From an uncultured Pseudomonadota bacterium (GTDB lineage Bacteria > Oederibacteriota > Muellerivitia > Muellerivitales > Muellerivitaceae): a stretch of 64,000 bases of DNA. The stretch covers positions 192,001-256,000 of the forward strand of contig CAVYRH010000019.1 of assembly GCA_963770835.1 (NCBI GenBank), in the 5' to 3' direction. The number at the start of each line of letters is the position of its first letter. Position 1 is the first letter of the stretch. This document shows positions 37,002 to 46,743 of the stretch, piece after piece. A program made the translations under genes and the position numbers. A model generated the notes under the pieces. That model was not told the DNA's origin. It ran no database searches and saw only the letters and a list, made by a program, of their open reading frames with translations.

Positions 37002-39068
37002 TTAGTGGCTCATTTTACTTAATAAACCCAACCCCCGCTTGGCTTCGGCATTTTCGGGTTGAAGTTCCAGGACCTTCCCAAAAAGCTCACGCGCTTTGTC
37101 GAAGTTGCCCGTTTGAAGGGCCGTTATCGCCCAATTGAAATAGGCGACGGTATACCGGGGATTCAGCCGGGTCGCCTTTTCGTACCATCCCATGGCTTCC
37201 GTGAGGCGGCCCAAATGGAAATTGGCGTTGCCCAGGTTGTAATTGAATTGGGCGTTTTCCGGCTCCCATCGCTCGGCCCACTGGAAATTTGCGAAACAAT
37301 TCTCGTAAAAATGATCCATCCTTAAAAGGTCCGCAGCCTTGGACCTCGGGGAAATCTTGGCCTTGGCATCGTCTCCCTGGTCTTCGTAATAGATGCCTAG
37401 GTTGTTGCGGAAGGCGCCGTAGTCCCCCACGATCACGCTTTGGGTCCGTTCATCCATTGGAAACCCCGGCTCCTTCAGGTGCCGCAGCCGCAGGCCGCCC
37501 CAAATAAAATCAGCCAGTGCCTCATCCAGCACCGGCTCCTGGCCTTCCAAATAGCCTTTGCTGGTCAAACCGTAGGGGACTTTTTTCATGCCAGGAAAAA
37601 GCCCGTCCTCGACCTCGTTATAGCTGAAATAAACCTCCCGCGAGGGGTTTTGATCCACCATCCATTTGGCCATGGGAGCAATCGACTCGGTACCCACTGG
37701 ATAGGAGGTCCGGGGCACCTTGAGCCCGGGGTGGAATAGGGCGAGGTTTCTCCGGACCCATTCCATCGGAAAGCCGTTCAAGCCGATGACGGCCACATCC
37801 GGCCGTTTTTGCCCGATCCATTGTAAATACCAACAGGGGAAGACGACCGAATCACCCTTGCAGAAGTAAAGGCTGTTTTGCGGCAGTGATTTAAACCCGT
37901 TCAAGACATAGTCGTAATCATAGGTATAGTCGGTCTGCCGGTCCCGATGGATGCGCCAGTCCCCAAGGCCCGCCAGCAACAGGACTAAAGCCCCTGCTAA
38001 AATCTTCCCGGCTCTTTCCCGCCAAACTCCTTCCCTTTCCGCCAGGGCGGTTTGCAAGCCCCAGGCCGAAAACAAGAGTGTGAAGGCTTGCGACGGAATG
38101 ACATAATTCTGGATCAAGTAAAATTGGTCAGTGGGCAACCCCAGGTAAAAAACAACGCTGGCGGATAAACCCAGCCAGAGCACTCCCAATGCCAGGGTCC
38201 AAGGTTTATTCTTGGCGTAAACCTTGGCCATCCCCCAAAGGGCTGCCACGAAAAGCCCCGCAAACTCCAGGAAGCTCGACTTCAGGAAGATCCAGCCCTG
38301 TTCGAACCGTCTTCCCAGCCCTCCCCCGCCACCCGTATTGGCGTATTGGCCCCTCAGGAAATCAAAGACGAAGTTATGCCATGTGGAAGGGTTTCCCCAG
38401 TTCAGCCAGGGATTCTGGAGCGCCCTGACCGGCAAAAAGAGGTAAACCGAAAGGCCGATCAGGAAAAGAACGAGGGATTGGTAAATCCGGCGCCTTTCAA
38501 TGCCTTCTTCCTTACCCCGGAAGTAAAGCAGGACTCCCAACCCCGGCAAAAAGGCCAGCATGGTCATCCAATGGTTGGTGAAGGAAAGCCCCAGCAGGAA
38601 AGCCGCCAACAAAAGCCGGTTTTCAAAAAGGGCCCAGAGGATCGCGGTCAGGAAAAGCGTCGTGAATTGGTAGATGCCCGTTTTGGCGCTCAAGGCTGCC
38701 GGATAAGTGGTGGCGCCCACCGCCCACAAGAGGGCGAAGGGAGCGGCCAACCGGGGTGAAACTTTAAGGGAGTGTTTTAGGAAGCCGTACATCAGGGCGC
38801 AAACCGAGGCCGCCAGGAAAGCGGAGAAAAGATTGACCCGGAATGGGAACTGGGCGAGGGGCAGCGCCGAAAAGAAATGACCCAGGAGGGTATAAAGCGG
38901 ATAACCCGGCGGGTGGGGGATGCCCAGGAGGACGCAGGCCGTAATGGTTTCGGGGCTGTCATCGGTATAAAAGGTTGGGTTGAGGCCTACAAGGCCAAAG
39001 GCAAAAGCCGTCAAAAAAACGAAGGGGTAGCTATAGCTTTCTAGTCGGCGGGAAGTGGAATTTTCCAT
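37002..39068 (-). CDS. DUF2723 / TMEM260-like protein O-mannosyltransferase-family GT-C with C-terminal TPRs
   Basis: ATG 39068. DDSPETITACVLLGIPHPPGYPLYTLLGH signature, GLSFTNHW, YLFLPVRA, WGNPSTW, GDSVVFPCWYLQ, RPDV, and TPRs YNLGNANFHLG...AYFNWA. Confidence 0.88.
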   Translation of the reverse strand: MENSTSRRLESYSYPFVFLTAFAFGLVGLNPTFYTDDSPETITACVLLGIPHPPGYPLYTLLGHFFSALPLAQFPFRVNLFSAFLAASVCALMYGFLKHSLKVSPRLAAPFALLWAVGATTYPAALSAKTGIYQFTTLFLTAILWALFENRLLLAAFLLGLSFTNHWMTMLAFLPGLGVLLYFRGKEEGIERRRIYQSLVLFLIGLSVYLFLPVRALQNPWLNWGNPSTWHNFVFDFLRGQYANTGGGGGLGRRFEQGWIFLKSSFLEFAGLFVAALWGMAKVYAKNKPWTLALGVLWLGLSASVVFYLGLPTDQFYLIQNYVIPSQAFTLLFSAWGLQTALAEREGVWRERAGKILAGALVLLLAGLGDWRIHRDRQTDYTYDYDYVLNGFKSLPQNSLYFCKGDSVVFPCWYLQWIGQKRPDVAVIGLNGFPMEWVRRNLALFHPGLKVPRTSYPVGTESIAPMAKWMVDQNPSREVYFSYNEVEDGLFPGMKKVPYGLTSKGYLEGQEPVLDEALADFIWGGLRLRHLKEPGFPMDERTQSVIVGDYGAFRNNLGIYYEDQGDDAKAKISPRSKAADLLRMDHFYENCFANFQWAERWEPENAQFNYNLGNANFHLGRLTEAMGWYEKATRLNPRYTVAYFNWAITALQTGNFDKARELFGKVLELQPENAEAKRGLGLLSKMSH

Positions 39069-39094
39069 GGCGTGGCATTTTATCGCCATTTCCC

Positions 39095-40549
39095 CTAGTG
39101 AATTAAAATGATTCTCTTGGATTTGGTGCTGAAGGGCTCCACCAGGTAAAAAACGTAAACTCCGCTGGCGCAGGTGTCCCCATAGCGGTTGGTCCCGTCC
39201 CATTGGTAGGACTGGCGGAACGGAGTGGTGATCTGCCGGGAATCGAGCGTCTTGATATATTCCCCCGCCGAATTGTAGATCACCAATTCGTAATTCCCCG
39301 ATCCGGCGTTGTATTCAACATAGAGGGAAACCGGGGACGCGGGGGTGAAGACGTTTTTGGAGACGTAAAAGATGTCGGTGGTGGAGAAGGTGGAAGTGGG
39401 CGTGGGCGAGGGGGTGAAAGTGCAGGTGTCGCCAGGCCAGCCGCAGGGGGTGAAGGTGGGGGTGGGCGTCGGGGTATTGGTCGCGGTGTTGGTGGGGGTG
39501 AAGCTGGCGGTCATAGTGGCCGTGGAGGTGGGCCGCACGTCCTCGGTCGGGGTATTGGTGGGCGGGATCGTGGGGGTGTAGGTGGGAGTATTCACCACCG
39601 GAGTGAAAGTGCAGGTATTGCCCGGCCAGCCGCAAGGCGTCCAGGTGGAGGTAAAGGTGGTGGTGGGGATCGGGGTCCACGTCCAGGTGGGAGTGCAGGT
39701 ATTGCCCGGGTAACCGCAGGGGGTTCCAGTGGGAGTGGAGGTGAGGACGCTCGTGAAACTGTTGGCGGCGATAAGAACGTTCGAATCCATCAAGCAGTCC
39801 CCCACGTCGGAGATGGCCAATTTGATGTGGTTGATGACCCCCGGATTCACGGCCGCGGTGGCGGTCAAGACCGTGGTCAGCCCGTTCATGGCGGTGGCAA
39901 GCCCCGCCGGGGACCGGACCACGGCACAGGTTCCCCCCTCGGGGGACCCGATGTTGTCGATGAAATAAACGGGGTTGACGCAGTCGTTGACGTTGTTGAT
40001 GGAGACGTTGGTCGTGGTTCCCGGAATCAGGGCCACGTTGGTCCCGTTCACGAAAAAGCCGAAGACGTCGTTGTAGTCGGACCCTACCCAGCCGTTGTAT
40101 TCCTCCGAGGCGAACACATATTGGAAGGAAACGGTGTTGTAGGTCGGGATGAAATCGAAGGAAAGGACCGTGGCGTCATACAGGTCGCTGACCGGAAGGC
40201 CTTCCAAGGCGGCCAGGTCCGTGTCCCCCGGAAGATTGTTGCAGGTGCTGCTGGTATCCGTGGCGACGCCCTCGACCCCCGAGGCCAGCCCGGTGCTCAG
40301 GATGATCCCCGAGTTGATGCCGAAGGCCTGTCCCCCGCCGGCGAAAGTGCCGGAGGATTGGCCGGTGCCCGCGTAGGTGATATTGCTTGCGGAAACCCCT
40401 GTTCCCATGAGGACGTTCACCAGGACGGAGGGGCTTTGGGTGCCCAGGTCGATTTCGACGATCTGGCCCCAAGCCGTCCGGCTTCCTAAAAGAAAAAGCA
40501 AAACCAGTGCCCACTGGGAACCACGTGGAAAAGATGAGCCTTTTTTCAT
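39095..40549 (-). CDS. Secreted choice-of-anchor L domain protein with Thr/Pro linker and FlgD/T9SS-like C-terminal domain
   Basis: Signal peptide, GIILSTG, DATVLSFDFIP, FQYVFASEEY, YNDVFGFFVNG, IKLAISDVGD..DSNV, TPT repeats, and C-terminal NVFTP...IYNSAGE...WDGTN..G...SGVY. Confidence 0.85.
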   Translation of the reverse strand: MKKGSSFPRGSQWALVLLFLLGSRTAWGQIVEIDLGTQSPSVLVNVLMGTGVSASNITYAGTGQSSGTFAGGGQAFGINSGIILSTGLASGVEGVATDTSSTCNNLPGDTDLAALEGLPVSDLYDATVLSFDFIPTYNTVSFQYVFASEEYNGWVGSDYNDVFGFFVNGTNVALIPGTTTNVSINNVNDCVNPVYFIDNIGSPEGGTCAVVRSPAGLATAMNGLTTVLTATAAVNPGVINHIKLAISDVGDCLMDSNVLIAANSFTSVLTSTPTGTPCGYPGNTCTPTWTWTPIPTTTFTSTWTPCGWPGNTCTFTPVVNTPTYTPTIPPTNTPTEDVRPTSTATMTASFTPTNTATNTPTPTPTFTPCGWPGDTCTFTPSPTPTSTFSTTDIFYVSKNVFTPASPVSLYVEYNAGSGNYELVIYNSAGEYIKTLDSRQITTPFRQSYQWDGTNRYGDTCASGVYVFYLVEPFSTKSKRIILIH

Positions 40550-42749
40550 TCCATACCGTTCTGGATCATTTGGGGAAACTTATTATTTTAAATAATACCG
40601 CCGAAATAAGCGCTTTCATTTATAGCGATATTCCGGCCTACCACTGAATACCTAACGGCGCGGTTTAAAAAAGGTACTGAAAAAGGAAAACAAATTTAGT
40701 GGGGAGGTTCAGCGTAAAACCAACAACTTAAGGATAGACTTTCCGCCCTGGGGGGTGGCCACTACCACATAGTAAAGCCCGTTCGCCAGTGGGACTCCGT
40801 GCTTATCCACCAATTGAAGCGTCACGGAGGTTCCGGGGATGACATTGCTGAATGTTTCCTCCAAAACCTTCCGGCGGGACACGGTATAGAACCGAACAGT
40901 CAAGTCGTATGGATTTGAACCGTCCACCGACGGGACCGTGATGTTGACTTGGGAACCTCTTGCCGGGTTCGGGTATAGCATCGGATTGGTGGAAATAGCC
41001 GGGGCGGTAAAGGTCGGTGTAGGCGTAAGCATCCCAACCGTTGGGGTGAAAGTAGGCGTAAAGGTTAAAGTAGCCGTTGGCGTATTAGTTGGAATAGGAG
41101 TACCGGTATTAGTAATAGTTATCGTCAAGGTGGAGGTCGGAGTAGAGGTGGGGGTATTTGTGAAAGTAAAAGTCGGAGAACTAGTTTTTGTGAATGTCGG
41201 AGTTATAGTAGGTGTAGAACTTATAGTATTTGTTGGTGTAGATGTCAAAGTGTTGGTTGGCGTTGGAGTATTGCCATTGTAGGGAGAATACCAAACATCA
41301 TTTCCGTTGTTCCCAAAACCGCCTATCACCCACATTTGGTTATTAAAAACAACACCTGATGGCCCAAATCTGGGGCTGAATTGGGCGGAGGTAGTCTGTT
41401 CGGTCCAATTTATCCCGTCAGGGGAAGACCAAACATCATTAACATCACTCGGCGTGCTATAACCGCCCATAACCCACATCTGTCCTCCATAACTTAATCC
41501 AACAAAGTTTTTCCTTGGCGTGAATGGAGCGGAGGAAGTAGCCTGCATCCAATTTGTCCCATCTGAAGAATACCAAACATCATTTTTCAAATTATTGTTA
41601 ACTACTCCACCTATTACCCACATTAAATTGTTAAAAACGAAACTTGCATGACCATATCGATTCCCAAATGCAGGAGATGATGTAGCTTGATACCAAGTAA
41701 TTCCATCTGATGAATACCATACATCACCGACCGGATTACCACCTATTATCCACATCAATCCTTTGTAAACTAAACATTGATGATAAGCTCTTGCTGGAAA
41801 ATTTCCAGGAACTGTCATTACAGTCCAATTGATTCCATCGACCGAAGACAGAACATCACAAGTAGGCCCTGAATATCCCACGGCAGGAATTGCGAATCCT
41901 CCGATAATCCAAATCTTGTTATTGTAAACAAGACTTGCCAATCCAGCTCTCGGGCTAAATCCACCATAACCCATAAGATTCCAGTTTGTTCCGTCTGGCG
42001 AACTCCAAACATCATTTAAATAAGTAACCACTCCTTCTCCACCCAGAACCCACATCGAGTTATTGAAAACCACACTTGTATGCAAAGCTCTACCGGGAAA
42101 CGAAGCATTCCCATTGGTTAAATACCAATTCATTCCAGGATTCGGAAGAGGAGTAAGCGTGATCGTTGGAGTTAGGGTAATAGTCGGCGTAAGAGTAGCC
42201 GTCAAAGTAGGCGTGTAAGTTGTAGTATTGGATGGTGAAAGAGTAGGCGAATTCGTTGGTGAATTTGTCACCGTATAAGTGGCTGTATTCGTAGGTGTAT
42301 CTGTCGGGGTGGGTGTGTACCAGGTTCCAGTGAAGGTCGGAGTAAAGGAAGGTGTGTTAGTTACAGAAACCGTTACGGTACTGGTTGGAGTATTTGTGGT
42401 CGAATTTATCGGGGTATTAGTCGGAGTATTCGTTGGTGTAATTGAAGCTGTCGGAGTAACAGTAGGCGAACACATCACACCAATCTTGCGGATACGATTA
42501 TTATTGGTATCTGCGAAAAATAGATTGCCCAATCCATCCAGGACTAGACCACTAGGAGAACTTAAGCAAGCCAGGGTTGCCGGCCCACCATCCCCACTAT
42601 ATCCCCCGAACCCTTGGCCAGCATAAGTTTGAATCGTTTCATTGGAATTCACCATGCGGATACGATTGTTGGAGGAATCTGTTATAAACAAGTCACCAAT
42701 ACCGTCAACGGCAACACCACTGGGAATACCTATTTGGGCTAAAGTAGCC

Positions 42750-44107
42750 GGCCGCGTAAAATTTAAGGGTGTAAAAAGAAACGGGCGTAACATGGTGTTT
42801 GTTCACGACACCATATCCTTTTTGTGAAAGGACGTTACGCCCATGAAGAATATACACCTAGCCTTGCAGGCCTTGGCAAGAGAGAAAACTCAAGCCATGG
42901 TCAAGTCGGCGGTAGGAAGTCGACAGATCGGCCAATGGGTCGGGGAGGCTCTCAACCAGCAGCTTTCCGAGGCTTTCAATACCCAGTTGGAAAAGGAACG
43001 AGACGAATTCTTGGGTAGCCAACCCTACGAAAGGCAGGAAAAACCCCGTTACCGTAATGGTTTCAAACAGATTTTCGTGCCTGGATTTCTAGGCCGGTTG
43101 GAATTGAGAAAGCCGGTTTTGAGGAAGGGTAAAGGGTTCGTTTCCGAGACTTTGAAGGCCTTGAGGGACGGTAGCCAAGCCCTGATGGGTTATCTGGGAA
43201 TGAATTTCTGGCTGAAAGGTGCTTCCACCCGCTCAGTAGCGGCAGGGATGAACGAGGCCTTTGGAACGAAATGGTCGGCCAGCCACATCAGTGAGATGAC
43301 CAACGCCTTGGAACCCACGTTGCGGGAATGGGAGAAGCGACCCTTACCCGGAGGGATCCGATACCTGTATCTGGATGCGCTTTACCTGACAATCAGGCGT
43401 CAAGAGGCTGGTGTGAAACAGGCGTTGCTGGTGGCTATCGGGGTGGATGGGAACCTGAAACGACATTTTCTCGGGTACTTAGTGGGAGACAGGGAGAGTG
43501 AGGCTTCTTGGGAAGCCATGCTGGAAGACCTATTGAATCGAGGCTTGGACAGAAAAAGTTTGAGGATGGTGGTGTCCGACGCCCATGGCGGGATCATCGC
43601 GGCGGTGGAAAAACGCTTAGGGATCACCCACCAACTTTGCGTAGTACACAAAATGCGCAACGTCCGTTTCCGGGTGGCTTGGAAGGATCAAAAGGCTTTC
43701 ATGGCGGATTTCAAGGCTGTGTATTGGGCCAAGAACCGGGAAGAAGCCTTAGTAGCTTTGGGAAGTCTCAAAGCCAAGTGGTCCAGGACGTATCCCAAAG
43801 CGGTGGAGATGACGGAGAATAAATTTGAGTCCTACACCCTATTTTTCCGGGAAGACCCAAAATTCTGGATGCTTACTCGTTCCAGCAACATCATCGAAAG
43901 ATTCAATCTAGAACTCAGGAGAAGACTGAGGCCGGCAGGGATGATGCAGAATGAACTGGAATTAACTAAATTGGTCTGGGCAGTGGCCGAAGCCCAACAA
44001 GAAAGATGGGATAGGCTTAAAGTCCACACCTCAAGGAAGGAGACAGAAGCTCAAGCCGCTTGATTAAGACGCCCGTGAAAATTTACACCCAAAATCTTGA
44101 CGCGGGC
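42750..44107 (+). mobile_element. IS256-family insertion sequence (1358 bp)
   Basis: 26-bp imperfect terminal inverted repeats (42750-42775 and 44082-44107, 20/26 match). Perfect 8-bp target duplication AAGTAGCC at 42742-42749 and 44108-44115. Confidence 0.93.
42843..44063 (+). CDS. IS256-family (Mutator-like) DDE transposase
   Basis: 406 aa. YRNGF, GASTR, YLYLDALY (D), VVSDAHGG (D), QLCVVHKMRN, SNIIERFNLELRRR (E). Intact ORF. Confidence 0.95.
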   Translation: MKNIHLALQALAREKTQAMVKSAVGSRQIGQWVGEALNQQLSEAFNTQLEKERDEFLGSQPYERQEKPRYRNGFKQIFVPGFLGRLELRKPVLRKGKGFVSETLKALRDGSQALMGYLGMNFWLKGASTRSVAAGMNEAFGTKWSASHISEMTNALEPTLREWEKRPLPGGIRYLYLDALYLTIRRQEAGVKQALLVAIGVDGNLKRHFLGYLVGDRESEASWEAMLEDLLNRGLDRKSLRMVVSDAHGGIIAAVEKRLGITHQLCVVHKMRNVRFRVAWKDQKAFMADFKAVYWAKNREEALVALGSLKAKWSRTYPKAVEMTENKFESYTLFFREDPKFWMLTRSSNIIERFNLELRRRLRPAGMMQNELELTKLVWAVAEAQQERWDRLKVHTSRKETEAQAA

Positions 44108-46687
44108 AAGTAGCCGGTCCTCCGTCTCCCCCGTTTCCGGCAGTACCATTTCCAGCGACAGTGCTAATCGTCCCTCCTGGTGTAACTTTGCGGACGCGGT
44201 TATTTTTGGAGTCAGCAATATAAACATTGCCCGCGCTATCAACAGCCATATCACTAGGACCGCTTAACCTGGCTAACGTAGCCGGTCCTCCATCTCCTCC
44301 ATATCCACTGGTCGTACCACATATGCCCGCGTACGTATTGATTATTCCGCCAGGCATCACTTTGCGGATACAATTATTGGAATAATCCGCAATATATAAA
44401 TTACCTAAACTATCAAGAGCAACATCGGCAGGAGCATTTAAACCAGCCGCTGTGGCTGGCCCTCCATCACCGAGAAATCCGGCAACACCTGTTCCCGCAT
44501 AAGTGCTGATTATTCCTCCGGACGTTACTTTGCGAATAACATTGTTTTTAGAATCCGCAATGTAAAGGTTACTTGATCCATCAAGGGCAACACCTTCGGG
44601 CTGGGCTATTTGGGCCAATGTAGCCGGGCCTCCGTCTCCACTGTATCCAGGCGTACCTGTCCCAACAACGGTATTGATCATTCCACCAGGGCTCACCATG
44701 CGGATTCGGTTGTAATTTGTATCCGCAATATAAACATTGCCCATATTGTCTATAACAGCATTACTAGGAAGGTTTAATACCGCTGAGGTAGCCGCCCCCC
44801 CATCTCCTGGATAGCTGGTTCCTCCCCCTGCAAAAGTACTAATAACACTACAAGGTAATGGTGTAAGCGTCGGCGGAATAGGCGTAAAAGTGTTAGTTAT
44901 AGTTGCGGTCGACAAAGTTCCTGTTGGAGTTGTTGTAGGAGTCGCTGTCGTCGAGGAGGTTGGGGTGCTGGTAAGAGGACACGCTGCTCCAATCTTGCGA
45001 ATACGTTGATTATGCGTATCCGCGATAAACATATTGCCCGAACTGTCAATAGCCACGCCAGAGGGATAGTTTAAACTGGCCTGGGTAGCTGGACCGCCAT
45101 CCACGTATCCAGACATCCAGTCGCCAGCATAAGTATTAATAATTCCGAACGAGTTCACTATACGGATACGGCTATTATTAGTATCGGCGATGTAGAGGTT
45201 GCCTAAACCGTCAAGAACGACATCGTTCGGATAAGTTAAATTAGCTAAAGTGGCTGGCCCTCCGTCCCCTCCGTATCCCCCTCGATTTGATTGGCCAGCG
45301 TAAGTGTTGATTGTTCCCGCTGGATCTACTACACGGATACATTGATCTGAAGTGTCTGCGATAAAAACATCGCCAAACCTATCTACTGCTACACCGCCGG
45401 GATAATTTAATCCAGCCAATGTGGCCGGTCCTGCGTCTCCTCCGTATCCGGCAGAACCACTTCCAGCGATTGTGCTAATAATTCCGCCTGGGATCACTTT
45501 ACGGATGCGCTGATTCGAAGTATCCGCAATATAGAGATTGCCCGATCCGTCTAAGACTATACCCTGCGGCTGATTCAATTTTGCTAAAGTAGCCGGACCC
45601 CCATCCCCACTGAATCCATTCCCACCATTGCCTGCGACAGTACTGATTATTCCACTCGTATTAACCATGCGGATTCGATTGTAACCCGTGTCCGCAATAT
45701 AAATATTACCTAAACCATCCGCTACTACACCGAAAGGACGATTTAATTGGGCCAAGGTGGCCGGCCCACCGTCTCCAAGTCCTTGGAAATTACCCCCTGC
45801 GTAAGTGAAAATTATTCCGGCCGGTGTAACCTCACGGATACTGGAGTTATTTATATCTGCGATATAAACATTGCCCGAACCATCTACAGCTACACCCCCA
45901 GGATCGTCAAAACTAGCCGAAACAGCAGGTCCTCCGTCTCCACTAAACCCTTCCGTTCCATTCCCCGCATAGGTGCCAATGACCCCGCAAGGCAAAGGTG
46001 TGCACGTCGGCGAAACCACCGTAGCCGTCGGTGTATTGGTTATGGTAGGTGTATCGGTGATCGTCGGTGAATAAGTCGCTGTTGGCGTGTCGGTGATGGT
46101 TGGCGTTTCGGTAAATGTGGAGGAAGGGGTTAAAGTCGGTGTATCCGTGGCGGTCGGCAAGGTTCCGGTGGATGTAGGGGTATCAGTTGGAATATCTGTT
46201 GCCGTCAGTGAAGGGGTGCTGGTGGCCGTGTTGGAACAAGTATTCGTTGGAGTATCGGTAGAAGTATTGGTCGGGGTGAGAGTCGCGGTATCAGTGGGAG
46301 TGTCGGTCGGTGTGTCCGTTTGGGCAAAAACCGGGGATAAACCGCAAACTGCCGCAACGCAAAAGAAGAAAACAATAGCAAGGAATGACAGTTTTGAATT
46401 TCTTGTGTTATTCAAATATCCATTCACTTGGCACATTTCACATCTCACATAAGACGTTAAGACTTAAGTTTCTTTTTAAAACTTTCGAATTCCCGACAAC
46501 TTTTAAAAGATTTCGAGTTTTGAATGGATCAAAGACAGCGATCCTGGCTTGGATAAAGGGTTGATAATGCATTCTATCGCCTGACTTAACCCAGCCCAAT
46601 ATAAAGATGTGTTAATTAAAAAAGCCCCTGATTTCGCCACATTTCACCTCTCCACCTACCCCTTCTAGAAACTTTAGCTTTTGAAAT

Positions 46688-46723
46688 AAAAAAAGCCAGA
46701 GTCAATTCGACACCGGCTTTTTT
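46688..46723 (-). terminator. Rho-independent terminator after ptsI
   Basis: Minus strand GCCGGTGTC-GAATT-GACTCTGGC stem followed by a T run, about 20 bp after the ptsI stop. A/T runs on both sides. Confidence 0.7.
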
Positions 46724-46743
46724 CATCTGGAATCAGTTTTAAT

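Larger units (their letters stand above)
40709..46448 (-). pseudogene. Giant secreted surface protein (Thr/Pro linkers, two NHL propeller blocks, Kelch-like repeats, T9SS-like CTD) split by an IS256-family insertion
   Basis: The 5' part (44108-46448) ends GGDGGPAT and the 3' part resumes LAQIGIPSG. Removing the IS and one target copy restores the frame (4374 bp, about 1457 aa from the ORF-track start, which is uncertain). Motifs: [12 protein letters not shown] repeats, NDVWSSPDGxNW repeats, YPNP...KLLVLR terminus. Confidence 0.88.

Noticed and set aside
39203..40489. Gly/Val-rich plus-strand ORFs (also 40938-41282, 46087-46452, 62872-63901)
   Set aside because: Reverse-complement readings of Thr/Pro repeats (VGV/GGG patterns).
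42750..42793. ORF-track start MLRPFLFTPLNFTR for a separate 694-aa gene
   Set aside because: These codons lie inside the IS left end. The ORF is the 3' half of the interrupted gene.
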